From Eledone cirrhosa (taxonomy: Eukaryota), in assembly GCA_964016885.1 (NCBI GenBank), contig OZ024743.1, positions 129,394,001 to 129,458,000 on the forward strand: 64,000 bases of DNA, given 5' to 3'. The position numbers and the translations under genes are program-made. Below are positions 31,601 to 47,699 of this stretch, piece by piece. Each line of letters begins with the position of its first letter. Position 1 is the first letter of the stretch. The notes beneath the pieces are model-generated. The model saw only the letters and a list, made by a program, of their open reading frames with translations. It was not told where the DNA came from and did no database searches.

Positions 31601-32949
31601 AAGCACCAAGCACCAAACACCAAACACCAAGCACCAAACACCAAACACCTAACACCAAGCACCAAGCACCAAGCACCAAACACCAAGCACCAAGCACCAA
31701 GCACCAAACACCAAGCACCAAACACCAAACACCAAGCACCAAGCACCAGGCACCAAACACCAAGCACGCAGCACGAAACACCACACACCAAGCACCAAGC
31801 ACCAAGCACCAAACACCAAACACCAAGCACCAAACACCAAGCCCGAAGCACCAAGCGACAAACACCAAGCACCAAGCACCATGCACCAAACACCAAGCAC
31901 CAAGCACCAAACACCCAGCACCAAGCACCAAGCACCAAACACCAAGCACCAAGCACCAAGCACCAAATACCAAACACCAAGCACCAAACACCAAGCACCA
32001 AGCACCTAGCACCAAAAACCAAACACCTAGCACCAAGCACCAAACACCAAGCATCAATCACCAAGCACCAAATACCAAGCAGCAAGCACCAAGCACCAAA
32101 CACCAAGCACCAAAACCAAACACCAAACACCAAGCACCAAGCACCAAACACCTAACACCAAGCACCAAGCACCAAGCACCAAACACCAAGCACCAAGCAC
32201 CAAGCACCAAACACCAAGCACCAAACACCAAACACCAAGCACGCAGCACAAAACACCAAGCACCAAGCACCAAACACCAAGCACCAAGCACCAAACACCA
32301 AACACCAAACACCAAACAACAAGCACCAAGCACCAAGCACCAAACACCAAGCACCAAGCACCAAACACCAAATACCAAGCACCAAGCACCAAACACCAAG
32401 CACCAAAGACTAAAGACCAAACAGGAAACACCAAACACCAAACACCAAACACCAAACAGCAAACAATAAACACGAAACAGCAAACACCATACAGCAAACA
32501 CCAAACACCAAAAAGCAGACACCAAACAGCAAACAGCAAACACCAAACACTAAACACCAAACACCAAACAGCAAACACCAAACACCAAGCACCAAACACC
32601 AAACTCCAAGCACCAAACACCAAGCACCAAGCACCAAACACCAAACCCCAAGCAGCAAGCACCAAACACTAATCACCAAGCACCAAGCACCAAACACCAA
32701 GCACCAAGCAGCAAACACCAAACACCAAGCACCAAACACCAAGCACCAGGCACCAAGCACCAAACACCAAGCACCAAGCACCAAGCACCAAACACCAAGC
32801 ACCAAGCACCAAACGCCAACCACCCAGCACCAAGCACCAAGCACCAAACACCAAGCACCAAACACCAAACACCAAGCACCAAGCACCAAACACCAAGCAC
32901 GAAGCACCAAGCACCAAACACCAAGGACCAATTACCAAGCACCAAGCAG

Positions 32950-35900
32950 CAAGCAGCAAGCACCAAACACCAAACACCAAGCCCCAAGTACCAAGCACCA
33001 AACACCAAGCACCAAACACCAAGCACCAAGCACCAAGCACCTAGCACCAAACACCAAACACCAAGCACCAAACACCAAGCACCAAACACCAAGCACCAAA
33101 CACCAAGCAGCAAGCACCAAGCACCAAACACCAAGCACCAAGAACGAAACACCAAACACCAAGCACCAAGCACCAAACACCTAACACCAAGCACCAAGCA
33201 CCAAACACCAAACACCAAGCACCAGGCACCAAACACCAAGCACGCAGCACGAAACACCAAGCACCAAACACCAAGCACCAAGCACCAAACACCAAACACC
33301 AAACACCAAACAACAAGCACCAAGCACCAAGCACCAAACACCAAGCACCAAGCACCAAACACCAAATACCAAGCACCAAGCACCAAACACCAAGCACGAA
33401 AGACTAAAGACCAAACAGGAAACACCAAACACCAAACACCAAACACCAAACAGCAAACAATAAACACGAAACAGCAAACACCATACAGCAATCACCAAAC
33501 ACCAAAAAGCAGACACCAAACAGCAAACACCAAACACCAAGCACCAAACACCAACCACCAAGCACCAAACACCAAACACCAAGCACCAAACACCAAACCC
33601 CAAGCAGCAAGCACCAAACACTAATCACCAAGCACCAAGCACCAAACACCAAGCACCAAGCACCAAACACCAAACACCAAGCACCAAAGACCAAGCACCA
33701 GGCACCAAGCACCAAACACCAAGCACCAAGCACCAAGCACCAAACACCAATCACCAAGCACCAAACGCCAACCACCCAGCACCAAGCACCAAGCACCAAA
33801 CACCAAGCACCAAACACCAAACACCAAGCACCAAGCACCAAACACCAAGCACGAAGCACCAAGCACCAAACACCAAGCCCCAAGTACCAAGCACCAAACA
33901 CCAAGCACCAAACACCAAGCACCAAGCACCAAGCACCTAGCACCAAACACCAAACACCAAGCACCAAGCACCAAACACCAAGGACCAATCACCAAGCACC
34001 AAGCAGCAAGCAGCAAGCACCAAACACCAAACACCAAGCACCAAGCACCAAACACCAAGCACCAAGCACCAAACACCAAGCACCAATCACCAAGCACCAA
34101 ACACCAAGCAGCAAGAAGCAAGCACCAAACACCAAACACCAAGCACCAAGCACCAAACACCAAGCACCAAGCAACAAACACCATGCACCAGGCACCAAGC
34201 ACCAAACACCAAGCACCAAGCACCAAGCATCAAGTACCAAGCATCAAACACCAAACACCAAGCACCAAGCACCAAACACCAAACACCAAGCATCAAACAC
34301 CAAACACAAAACACCAGGCACCAAGCACCAAACACCAAACACCAAGCAGCAAGCACCAAACACCAAACACCAAGAACCAAGCACCAAACACCAAACAGCA
34401 AACAATAAACACGAAACAGCAAACACCAAACACCAAACAGCAAACACCAAATATGAAACAGCAAACACCATAGAGCAAACACCAAACACCAAAAAGCAGA
34501 CACCAAACAGCAAACAGCAAACACCAAACACCAAACAGCAAACAGCAAACAGTAAACACCAAGCACCAAACACCAAGTACCAAGCACCAAACACCAAGCA
34601 CCAAGCACCAAACACCAAACCCCAAGCACCAAGCACCAAACACTAATCACAATGCACCAAGCACCAAGCACCAAACACCAAGCACCAAGCACCAAGCACT
34701 AAACACCAAACACCAAAGACCAAGCACCAAGCACCAAGCACCAAACACCAAGCACCAAGCCCCAAGCACCAAACACCAAGCACCAAGCACCAAACACCAA
34801 CCACCCAGCACCAAGCACCAAACACCAAGCACCAAGCACCAAGCACCAAACACCAAACACCAAGCACCAAACACCAAGCACCAAGCACCTAGCACCAAAA
34901 ACCAAACACCTAGCACCAAGCACCAAACACCAAGCATCAATCACCAAGCACCAAACACCAAGTAGCAAGCACCAAGCACCAAACACCAAGCACCAAGAAC
35001 CAAACACCAAACACCAAGCACCAAGCACCAAACACCTAACACCAAGCACCAAGCACCAAACACCAAACACCAAGCACCAAGCACCAAACACCAAGCACCA
35101 GGCACCAAACACCAAACACCAAGCACCAAGCACCAAGCAACAAGCACCAAGCACGAAGCACAAAACACCAAGCACCAAGCACCAAACACCTAACAGCAAC
35201 CACCAAGCACAAAGCACCAAGCACCAAACACCAAGCACCAAACACCAAACACCAAGAACCAAGCACCAAACACCAAGCAGCAAGCACCAAGTACAAACAC
35301 CAAGCACCAAGCTCCAAACACCAAGCACCAATCACCAAGCATCAAACACCAAGCATCAAACACCAAATACCAAGCACCAAGCACCAAACACCAAGCACCA
35401 AAAACTAAAGACCAAACAGGAAACACCAAACACCAAACACCAAACACCAAACAGCAAACACCAAACACCAAGCACCAAGCACCAAACACCAAGCACTAAG
35501 CACCATACACCAAGCACCAAGCACCAAGCACCAAACACCAAGCACCAAACACCAAACACCAAGCACCAAGCACCAAGCATCAAACACCAAACACCAAGCA
35601 CCAAGCACCAAGCACCAAACACCAAGCACGCAGCACGAAACACCAAGCACCAAGCACCAAACACCAAGCACCAAGCACCAAGCACCAAACACCAGCACCA
35701 AGCACGAAACACCAAATACCAAGCACAAAGCACCAAACACCAAGCACCAAGGACTAAAGACCAAACAGGAAACACCAAACACCAAACAACAAACACCAAA
35801 CAGCAAACAATAAACACGAAACAGCAAACACCATACAGCAAACACCAAACACCAAAAAGCAGACACCAAACAGCCAACAGCAAACACCAAACACCAAACA

Positions 35901-38900
35901 CCAAACACCAAACAGCAAACACCAAACACCAAGCACCAAACACCAAGCAGCAAGCACCAAGCACCAAACAACAAGCACCAAACACCAAACCCCACGCACC
36001 AAGTACCAAACACTAATCACCAAGCACCAAGCACCAAACACCAAGCACCAAGCACCAAACACCAAACACCAAAGACCAAGAACCGAGCACCAAGCACCAA
36101 ACACCAAGCACCAAGCACCAAACACCAAGCACCAAGCACCGAACGCCAACCACCCAGCACCAAGCACCACGCACCAAACACCAAGCACCAAACACCAAAC
36201 ACCAAGCACCTAGCACCAAACAGCAAGCACGAAGCACCAAGCACCAAACACCAAGCCCCAAGTACCAAGCACCAAACACCAAGCACCAAACACCAAGCAC
36301 CAATCACCAAGCACCAAACACCAAGCAGCAAGCAGCAAGCACCAAACACCAAACACCAAGCACCAAGCACCAAACACCAAGCACCAAGCACCAAACACCT
36401 AACATCTAACACCAAGCACCAAGCACCAAGCACCAAACACCAAGCACCAAACACCAAACACCAAGCACCAAACACCAAACACCAAGCATCAAGCACCAAA
36501 CACCATGCACCAGGCACCAAGCACCAAACACCAAGCACCAAGCACCAAACACCAAGCACCAAGCATGAAGCACCAAACACCAAACACCAAGCACCAAACA
36601 CCTAACACCAAGCACCAAGCACCAAACACCAAGCACCAAACACCAAGCACCATGCACCTAACACCAAGCACCAAACACCAAGAACCAAGCACAAAACACC
36701 AAGCACCAAGCACCAAACACCAAGCACCAGGCACCAAGCACCAAACACCAAGCACCAAGCACCAAACACCAAGCACCAAGCACGAAGCACAAAACACCAT
36801 GCACCAAGCACCAAACACCTAACACCAACCACCAAGCACAAAGCACCAAGCACCAAACACCAAGCACCAAGCACCAAACACCAAGCACCAAACACCAAGA
36901 ACCAAGCACCAAACACCAAGCACCAAGCACCAAACACCAAGCACCAAGCACCAAGCACCAAACACCAAGCACCAAGCACCAAAAACCAAACACCAAGCAC
37001 CAAACACCAAACACCAAGAACCAAGCACCAAACACCAAGCACCAAGCACCAAGCACCAAACACCAAACACCAAGCACCAAACACCAGACACCAAGCACCA
37101 AACACCAAACATCAAGCCCCAAGCACCAAACACCAAACAACAAGCACCAGGCACCAAGCACCAAACACCAAACACCAAGCACCAAGCACCAAGCACCAAA
37201 CACCAAACAGCAAACAGGAAACACCAAACAGCAAACAGCAAACTCCAAATATGAAACAGAAAACACCATACAGCAACCACCAAACACCAAAAAGCAGACA
37301 CCAAACAGCAAAGAGCAAACACCAAACACCAAACAGCAAACAGCAAACACCAAACACCAAGCACCAAGCACCAAGCACCAAACACCAAACACCAAGCACC
37401 AAACACCAAGCCCCAAGTACCAAGCACCAAACACCAAGCACCAAACACCAAGCACCAAGCACCAAGCACCTAGCACCAAACACCAAACACCAAGCACCAA
37501 ACACCAAGCACCAAACACCAAGCACCAAACACCAAGCAGCAAGCACCAAGCACCAAACACCAAGCACCAAGAACGAAACACCAAACACCAAGCACCAAGC
37601 ACCAAACACCTAACACCAAGCACCAAGCACCAAACACCAAGCACCAAGCACCAGGCACCAAACACCAAGCACGCAGCACAAAACACCAAGCACCAAACAC
37701 CAAGCACCAAGCACCAAACACCAAACACCAAACACCAAACAACAAACACCAAGCACCAAGCACCAAACACCTAACACCAAGCACCAAGCACCAAACACCA
37801 AGCACCAAGCACCAGGCACCAAACACCAAGCACCAAGCACCAAACACCAAATACCAAGCACCAAGCACCAAACACCAAGCACGAAAGACTAAAGACCAAA
37901 CAGGAAACACCAAACACCAAACACCAAACACCAAACAGCAAACAATAAACACGAAACAGCAAACACCATACAGCAATCACCAAACACCAAAAAGCAGACA
38001 CCAAACAGCAAACACCAAACACCAAGCACCAAACACCAAACACCAAGCACCAAACACCAAACACCAAGCACCAAACACCAAACCCCAAGCAGCAAGCACC
38101 AAACACTAATCACCAAGCACCAAGCACCAAACACCAAGCACCAAGCACCAAACACCAAACACCAAGCACCAAAGACCAAGCACCAGGCACCAAGCACCAA
38201 ACACCAAGCACCAAGCACCAAGCACCAAACACCAATCACCAAGCACCAAACGCCAACCACCCAGCACCAAGCACCAAGCACCAAACACCAAGCACCAAAC
38301 ACCAAACACCAAGCACCAAGCACCAAACACCAAGCATGAAGCACCAAGCACCAAACACCAAGCCCCAAGTACCAAGCACCAAACACCAAGCACCAAACAC
38401 CAAGCACCAAGCACCAAGCACCTAGCACCAAACACCAAACACCAAGCACCAAGCACCAAACACCAAGGACCAATCACCAAGCACCAAGCAGCAAGCAGCA
38501 AGCACCAAACACCAAACACCAAGCACCAAGCACCAAACACCAAGCACCAAGCACCAAACACCAAGCACCAATCACCAAGCACCAAACACCAAGCAGCAAG
38601 AAGCAAGCACCAAACACCAAACACCAAGCACCAAGCACCAAACACAGAGCACCAAGCAACAAACACCATGCACCAGGCACCAAGCACCAAACACCAAGCA
38701 CCAAGCACCGAGCATCAAGTATCAAGCATCAAACACCAAACACCAAGCACCAAGCACCAAACACCAAACACCAAGCATCAAACACCAAACACAAAACACC
38801 AGGCACCAAGCACCAAACACCAAACACCAAGCAGCAAGCACCAAACACCAAACACCAAGAACCAAGCACCAAACACCAAACAGCAAACAATAAACACGAA

Positions 38901-41900
38901 ACAGCAAACACCAAACACCAAACAGCAAACACCAAATATGAAACAGCAAACACCATAGAGCAAACACCAAACACCAAAAAGCAGACACCAAACAGCAAAC
39001 AGCAAACACCAAACACCAAACAGCAAACAGCAAACAGCAAACACCAAGCACCAAACACCAAGTACCAAGCACCAAACACCAAGCACCAAGCACCAAACAC
39101 CAAACCCCAAGCACCAAGCACCAAACACTAATCACAATGCACCAAGCACCAAGCACCAAACACCAAGCACCAAGCACCAAGCACTAAACACCAAACAACA
39201 AAGACCAAGCACCAAGCACCAAGCACCAAACACCAAGCACCAAGCCCCAAGCACCAAACACCAAGCACCAAGCACCAAACACCAACCACCCAGCACCAAG
39301 CACCAAGCACCAAACACCAAGCACCAAGCACCTAGCACCAAAAACCAAACACCTAGCACCAAGCACCAAACACCAAGCATCAATCACCAAGCACCAAACA
39401 CCAAGTAGCAAGCACCAAGCACCAAACACCAAGCACCAAGAACCAAACACCAAACACCAAGCACCAAGCACCAAACACCTAACACCAAGCACCAAGCACC
39501 AAACACCAAACACCAAGCACCAAGCACCAAACACCAAGCACCAGGCACCAAACACCAAACACCAAGCACCAAGCACCAAGCAACAAGCACCAAGCACGAA
39601 GCACAAAACACCAAGCACCAAGCACCAAACACCTAACAGCAACCACCAAGCACAAAGCACCAAGCACCAAACACCAAGCACCAAACACCAAACACCAAGA
39701 ACCAAGCACCAAACACCAAGCAGCAAGCACCAAGTACAAACACCAAGCACCAAGCTCCAAACACCAAGCACCAATCACCAAGCATCAAACACCAAGCATC
39801 AAACACCAAATACCAAGCACCAAGCACCAAACACCAAGCACCAAAAACTAAAGACCAAACAGGAAACACCAAACACCAAACACCAAACAGCAAACAGCAA
39901 ACACCAAACACCAAGCACCAAGCACCAAACACCAAGCACTAAGCACCATACACCAAGCACCAAGCACCAAGCACCAAACACCAAGCACCAAACACCAAAC
40001 ACCAAGCACCAAGCACCAAGCATCAAACACCAAACACCAAGCACCAAGCACCAAGCACCAAACACCAAGCACGCAGCACGAAACACCAAGCACCAAGCAC
40101 CAAACACCAAGCACCAAGCACCAAGCACCAAACACCAGCACCAAGCACGAAACACCAAATACCAAGCACAAAGCACCAAACACCAAGCACCAAAGACTAA
40201 AGACCAAACAGGAAACACCAAACACCAAACACCAAACACCAAACAGCAAACAATAAACACGAAACAGCAAACACCATACAGCAAACACCAAACACCAAAA
40301 AGCAGACACCAAACAGCCAACAGCAAACACCAAACACCAAACACCAAACACCAAACAGCAAACACCAAACACCAAGCACCAAACACCAAGCACCAAGCAC
40401 CAAGCACCAAACAACAAGCACCAAACACCAAACCCCACGCACCAAGTACCAAACACTAATCACCAAGCACCAAGCACCAAACACCAAGCACCAAGCACCA
40501 AACACCAAACACCAAAGACCAAGAACCAAGCACCAAGCACCAAACACCAAGCACCAAGCACCAAACACCAAGCACCAAGCACCGAACGCCAACCACCCAG
40601 CACCAAGCACCACGCACCAAACACCAAGCACCAAACACCAAACACCAAGCACCTAGCACCAAACAGCAAGCACGAAGCACCAAGCACCAAACACCAAGCC
40701 CCAAGTACCAAGCACCAAACACCAAGCACCAAACACCAAGCACCAATCACCAAGCACCAAACACCAAGCAGCAAGCAGCAAGCACCAAACACCAAACACC
40801 AAGCACCAAGCACCAAACACCAAGCACCAAGCACCAAACACCTAACATCTAACACCAAGCACCAAGCACCAAGCACCAAACACCAAGCACCAAACACCAA
40901 ACACCAAGCACCAAACACCAAACACCAAGCATCAAGCACCAAACACCATGCACCAGGCACCAAGCACCAAACACCAAGCACCAAGCACCAAACACCAAGC
41001 ACCAAGCATGAAGCACCAAACACCAAACACCAAGCACCAAACACCTAACACCAAGCACCAAGCACCAAACACCAAGCACCAAACACCAAACACCAAGCAC
41101 CAAGCACCAAACACCAAGCACCATGCACCTAACACCAAGCACCAAACACCAAGAACCAAGCACAAAACACCAAGCACCAAGAACCAAACACCAAGCACCA
41201 GGCACCAAGCACCAAACACCAAGCACCAAGCACCAAACACCAAGCACCAAGCACGAAGCACAAAACACCATGCACCAAGCACCAAACACCTAACACCAAC
41301 CACCAAGCACAAAGCACCAAGCACCAAACACCAAGCACCAAGCACCAAACACCAAGCACCAAACACCAAGAACCAAGCACCAAACACCAAGCACCAAGCA
41401 CCAAACACCAAGCACCAAGCACCAAGCACCAAACACCAAGCACCAAGCACCAAAAACCAAACACCAAGCACCAAACACCAAACACCAAGAACCAAGCACC
41501 AAACACCAAGCACCAAGCACCAAGCACCAAACACCAAACACCAAGCACCAAACACCAGACACCAAGCACCAAACACCAAACATCAAGCCCCAAGCACCAA
41601 ACACCAAACAACAAGCACCAGGCACCAAGCACCAAACACCAAACACCAAGCACCAAGCACCAAGCACCAAACACCAAACAGCAAACAGGAAACACCAAAC
41701 AGCAAACAGCAAACTCCAAATATGAAACAGAAAACACCATACAGCAACCACCAAACACCAAAAAGCAGACACCAAACAGCAAAGAGCAAACACCAAACAC
41801 CAAACAGCAAACAGCAAACACCAAACACCAAGCACCAAGCACCAAGCACCAAACACCAAACACCAAGCACCAAACACCAAGCACCAAGCACCAAGCGACA
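32950..41900 (+). repeat. Tandem duplication, unit about 4.44-4.49 kb, 2 copies (domain C)
   Basis: Landmarks pair at 33402/37887 (offset 4485), 35403/39846 and 35752/40195 (offset 4443, after a 42-bp indel). ORF pairs 34244..34639 / 38729..39124 and 36017..36601 / 40460..41044 match. Confidence 0.9.
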
Positions 41901-44480
41901 AACACCAAGCACCAAGCACCATGCACCAAGCACCAAGCACCAAACACCCAGCACCAAGCACCAAACACCAAGCACCAAACACCAAACACCAAACACCAAG
42001 CACCAAGAACAAAGCACCAAGCACCAAACACCTAGCCCCAAGCACCAAGCACCAAACACAAAACACCAAGCACCAAGCACCAAACACAAAGCACCAAACT
42101 GCAAACACCAAACCCCAAACACCAAACAGCAAACAGCAAACAGCAAACAGCAAACAGCAAACAGCTAACAGCAAACACCAAACACCAAGCACCAAGCACC
42201 AAGCACTAAGCACTAAGCACCAAACACCAAGCACCAAGCACCAAGCACCAAACACCAAGCACCAAGCACCAAACACCAAGCACCAATCACCAAACACCAA
42301 GCACCAAGCACCAAGCACCAAGCACCAAACACCAAACACGCAGCACGAAACACCAAGCACCAAGCACCAAACACCAAGCACCAAGCACCAAACACCAAAC
42401 ACCAAACACCAAACAACAAGCACCAAGCACCAAGCACCAAACACCAAGCACCAAGCACCAAACACCAAATACGAAGCACCAAGCACCAAGCACCAAACAC
42501 CAAGCCCCAAGTACCAAGCACCAAACAATAAACACGAAACAGCAAACACCATACAGCAAACACCAAACACCAAAAAGTAGACACCAAACAGCAAAAAGCA
42601 AACACCAAACACCAAACACCAAACACCAAACAGCAAACACCAAACACCAAGCACCAAACACCAAGCACCAAGCACCAAACACCAAGCACCAAACACCAAG
42701 CACCAAGCACCGAACGCCAACCACCCAGCACCAAGCAACAAGCACCAAACACCAAGCACCAAACACCAAACACCAAGCACCAAACACCTAACACCAAGCA
42801 CCAAGCACCAAACACCAAGCACCAAACACCAAACACCAAGCACCAAGCACCAAACACCAAGCACCATGCACCTAACACCAAGCACCAAACACCAAGAACC
42901 AAGCACAAAACACCAAGCATCAAGCACCAAACACCAAGCACCAGGCACCAAGCACCAAACACCAAGCACCAAGCACCAAACACCAAGCACCAAGCACGAA
43001 GCACAAAACACCATGCACCAAGCACCAAACACCTAACACCAACCACCAAGCACAAAGCACCAAGCACCAAACACCAAGCACCAAGCACCAAACACCAAGC
43101 ACCAAACACCAAGAACCAAGCACCAAACACCAAGCACCAAGCACCAAACACCAAGCACCAAGCACCAAGCACCAAACACCAAGCACCAAGCACCAAAAAC
43201 CAAACACCAAGCACCAAACACCAAACACCAAGAACCAAGCACCAAACACCAAGCACCAAGCACCAAGCACCAAACACCAAACACCAGGCACCAAACACCA
43301 GACACCAAGCACCAAACACCAAACATCAAGCCCCAAGCACCAAACACCAAACAACAAGCACCAGGCACCAAGCACCAAACACCAAACACCAAGCACCAAG
43401 CACCAAGCACCAAACACCAAACAGCAAATAGGAAACACCAAACAGCAAACAGCAAACTCCAAATATGAAACAGCAAACACCATACAGCAACCACCAAACA
43501 CCAAAAAGCAGACACCAAACAGCAAAGAGCAAACACCAAACACCAAACAGCAAACAGCAAACACCAAACACCAAGCACCAAGCACCAAGCACCAAACACC
43601 AAACACCAAGCACCAAACACCAAGCACCAAGCACCAAGCGACAAACACCAAGCACCAAGCACCATGCACCAAGCACCAAGCACCAAACACCCAGCACCAA
43701 GCACCAAACACCAAGCACCAAACACCAAACACCAAACACCAAGCACCAAGAACAAAGCACCAAGCACCAAACACCAAGCCCCAAGCACCAAGCACCAAAC
43801 ACAAAGCACCAAGCACCAAGCACCAAACACAAAGCACCAAACTGCAAACACCAAACCCCAAACACCAAACAGCAAACAGCAAACAGCAAACAGCAAACAG
43901 CTAACAGCAAACACCAAACACCAAGCACCAAGCACCAAGCACTAAGCACTAAGCACCAAACACCAAGCACCAAGCACCAAGCACCAAACACCAAGCACCA
44001 AGCACCAAACACCAAGCACCAATCACCAAACACCAAGCACCAAGCACCAAGCACCAAGCACCAAACACCAAACACGCAGCACGAAACACCAAGCACCAAG
44101 CACCAAACACCAAGCACCAAGCACCAAACACCAAACACCAAACACCAAACAACAAGCACCAAGCACCAAGCACCAAACACCAAGCACCAAGCACCAAACA
44201 CCAAATACGAAGCACCAAGCACCAAGCACCAAACACCAAGCCCCAAGTACCAAGCACCAAACAATAAACACGAAACAGCAAACACCATACAGCAAACACC
44301 AAACACCAAAAAGTAGACACCAAACAGCAAAAAGCAAACACCAAACACCAAACACCAAACACCAAACAGCAAACACCAAACACCAAGCACCAAACACCAA
44401 GCACCAAGCACCAAACACCAAGCACCAAGCACCGAACGCCAACCACCCAGCACCAAGCACCAAGCACCAAACACCAAGCA
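41030..44480 (+). repeat. Tandem duplication, unit 1743 bp (249 monomers), 2 copies
   Basis: ORF boundaries at 41290/43033 and 41579/43322 give offset 1743. The variant AAGTAGA was seen only at 42575 and 44311, and CAGCTAA only at about 42162 and 43898. Confidence 0.88.
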
Positions 44481-47400
44481 CCAAACACCAAACACCAAGC
44501 ACCAAACACCAAGCACGAAGCACCAAGCACCAAACGCCAAGCCCCAAGTACCAAGCACCAAATACCAAGCACCAAACACCAAGCACCAAGCACCAAGCAC
44601 CTAGCACCAAACACCAAACACCAAGCACCAAGCACCAAACACCAAGCACCAATCACCAAGCACCAAACACCAAGCAGCAAGCAGCAAGCACCAAACACCA
44701 AACACCAGGCATCAAGCACCAAACACCAATCACCAAGCACCAAACACCAAGCACCAAGCATGAAGCACCAAACACCTAACACCAAGCACCAAGCACCAAG
44801 CACCAAACACCAAGCACCAAACACCAAACACCAAGCACCAAGCACCAAGCACCAAGCACCAAACACCAAGCACCAAACACCAAGCACAAAGCACCAAGTA
44901 CAAACACCAAGCACCAAGCACCAAACACCAAGCACCAAGCACCAAGCATCAAGCAGCAAGCATCAAACACCAAACACCAAGCACCAAGCACCAAACACCA
45001 AACACCAAGCATCCAACACCAAACACAAAACACCAAGCACGAAGCACCAAGCACCAAGCACGCATCACCAAACACCAAGCTCCAAGCACCAAACACCAAA
45101 CACCAAGCACCAAGCACCAATCACCAAGCACAAAGCACCAAACACCAAGCACCAGGTACCAAGCACCAAACACCAAGCACCAAACACCAAGCACCAAGCA
45201 CGAAGCACAAAACACCAAGCACCAAGCACCAAACACCTAACACCATCCACCAAGCACAAAGCACCAAGCACCAAACACCAAGCACCAAACACCAAACACC
45301 AAGCACCAAGCACCAAGCACCAAACACCAAGCACCAAACACCAAGAACCAAGCGCAAAACACCAAGCACCAAGCACCAAGTACAAACACCAAGCACCAAG
45401 CACCAAACACCAAGCACCAAGCACCAAGCACCAAGCATCAAACACCAAGCATCAAACACCAAACACCAAACACCAAGCACCAAACACCAAACACAAAACA
45501 CCAAGCACCAAGCACCAAACACCAAGCACCAAGCACCAAACACGAAACACCTAGCAACAAACACCAAACACCAAGCACCAAGCACCAAACACCAAACACC
45601 AAGCACCAAGCACCAAACACTAAACACCAAGCACCAAACACCAGACACCAAGCACCAAACACCAAACATCAAGTACCAAGCACCAAGCACCAAACACCAA
45701 ACAGCAAACAGGAAAAACCAAACAGCAAACAGCAAACTCCAAACATGAAACAGCAAACACCATACAGCAAACACCAAACACCAAAAAGCAGACACCAAAC
45801 AGCAAACAGCAAACAGCAAACACCAAACAGCAAACAGCAAACACCAAACACCAAGCACCAAGCACCAAGCACCAAACACCAAACACCAAGCACCAAACAC
45901 CAAGTACCAAGCACCAAGAGACAAAAACCAAGCACCAAGCACCATGCACCAAACACCAAGCACCAAGCACCAAACACCCAGCACCAAGCACCAAGCACGA
46001 AACACCAAGCACCAAACACCAAAACACCAAACACCAGGCACCAAGAACCAAGCACCAAGCACCAAACACCAAGCACCAAGCGCCAAACACAAAACACCAA
46101 GCACCAAACACCAAGCACCAAACAGCAAGCACCAAACAGCAAACACCAAACAGCAAACAGCAAACAGTAAACACCAAACACCAAGCACCAAGCACCAAGC
46201 ACTAAGCACTAAGCACCAAACACCAAGCACCAAACACCAAGCACCAAACACCAAGCTCCAAACACCAAACACCAAGCACCAAGCATCAAACACCAAACAC
46301 CAAACACCAAGCACCAAGCACCAAACACCAAACACCAAGCACGCAGCACGAAACACCAAGCACCAAGCACCAAGCACCAAACACCAAATACCAAGCACCA
46401 AGCACCAAACACCAAGCATCAAAAACTAAAGACCAAACAGGAAACACCAAACACCAAACCCCAAACACCAAACAGCAAACAATAAACACGAAACAGCAAA
46501 CACCATACAGCAAACACCAAACACCAAAAAGCAGACACCAAACAGCAAACAGCAAACACCAAACACCAAACACCAAACAGCAAACACCAAACACCAAGCA
46601 CCAAACACCAAGCACCAAGCTCCAAACACCAAGCACCAAGCACCAAACACCAAACCCCAAGCACCAAGCACCAAACACTAATCACCAAGCACCAAGCACC
46701 AAACACCAAGCACCAAGCACCAAACACCAAACACCAAGCACCAAACACCAAGCACCAAGCACCAAGCATCAAGCACCAAGCACCAAGCATCAAGCACCAA
46801 GCACCAAACACCAAGCACCAAGCACCGAACGCCAACCACCCAGCACCAAGCACCAAGCACCAAGCACCAAGCACCTAGAACCAAACACCAAACCAAGCAT
46901 CAAGCACCAAACACCAAGCACCAATCACCAAGCACCAAACACCAAGCAGCAGGCAGCAAGCACCAAACACCAAACACCAAGCACCAAGCACCAAACACCT
47001 AACACCTAAGACCAAGCACCAAGCACCAAGCACCAAACACCAAGCACCAAAGACCAAGCACCAAACACCAAGCACCAAGCAGCAAACACCAAGCACGAAG
47101 CACCAAGCACCAAACACCAAGCCCCAAGTACCAAGCACCAAACACCAAGCACCAAACACCAAGCACCAAGCACCAAGCACCTAGCACCAAACACCAAACC
47201 AAGCACCAAGCACCAAACACCATGCACCAATCACCAAGCACCAAACACCAAGCAGCAAGCAGCAAGCACCAAACACCAAACACCAAGCACCAAGCACCAA
47301 ACACCAAGAACCAAGCACCAAACACCTAACACCTAACACCAAGCACCAAGCACCAAGCACCAAACACCAAGCACCAAACACCAAACACCAAGCACCAAGC

Positions 47401-47699
47401 AACAAACACCTTGCACCAGGCACCAAGCACCAAACACCAAGCACCAAGCACCAAACACCAAGCACCAAGCATGAAGCACCAAACACCTAACACCAAGCAC
47501 CAAGCACCAGGCACCAAACACCAAGCACCAAACACCAAACACCAAGCACCAAACACCAAGCACCAAGCACCAAACACCAAGCACCAAACACCAAGAACCA
47601 AGCACAAAAAACCCAAGCACCAAGTACAAACAGCAAGCATCAAGCACCAAGCACGAAGCAGCAAGCATCAAACACCAAGCATCAAACACCAAACACCAA

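Larger units (their letters stand above)
7300..32000 (+). repeat. HOR domain B: mosaic of modules from an approximately 3.9-kb cyclic unit, rearranged by deletions and duplications
   Basis: The marker CAGCAAAGAGGAAA occurs at about 7771, 16681, 19115, 28042 and 30099 and was not seen outside this domain. Near-identical ORF-track translations recur at 7451..7699, 16361..16609, 22668..22916, 24939..25187, 27722..27970 and 29779..30027. Confidence 0.7.
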
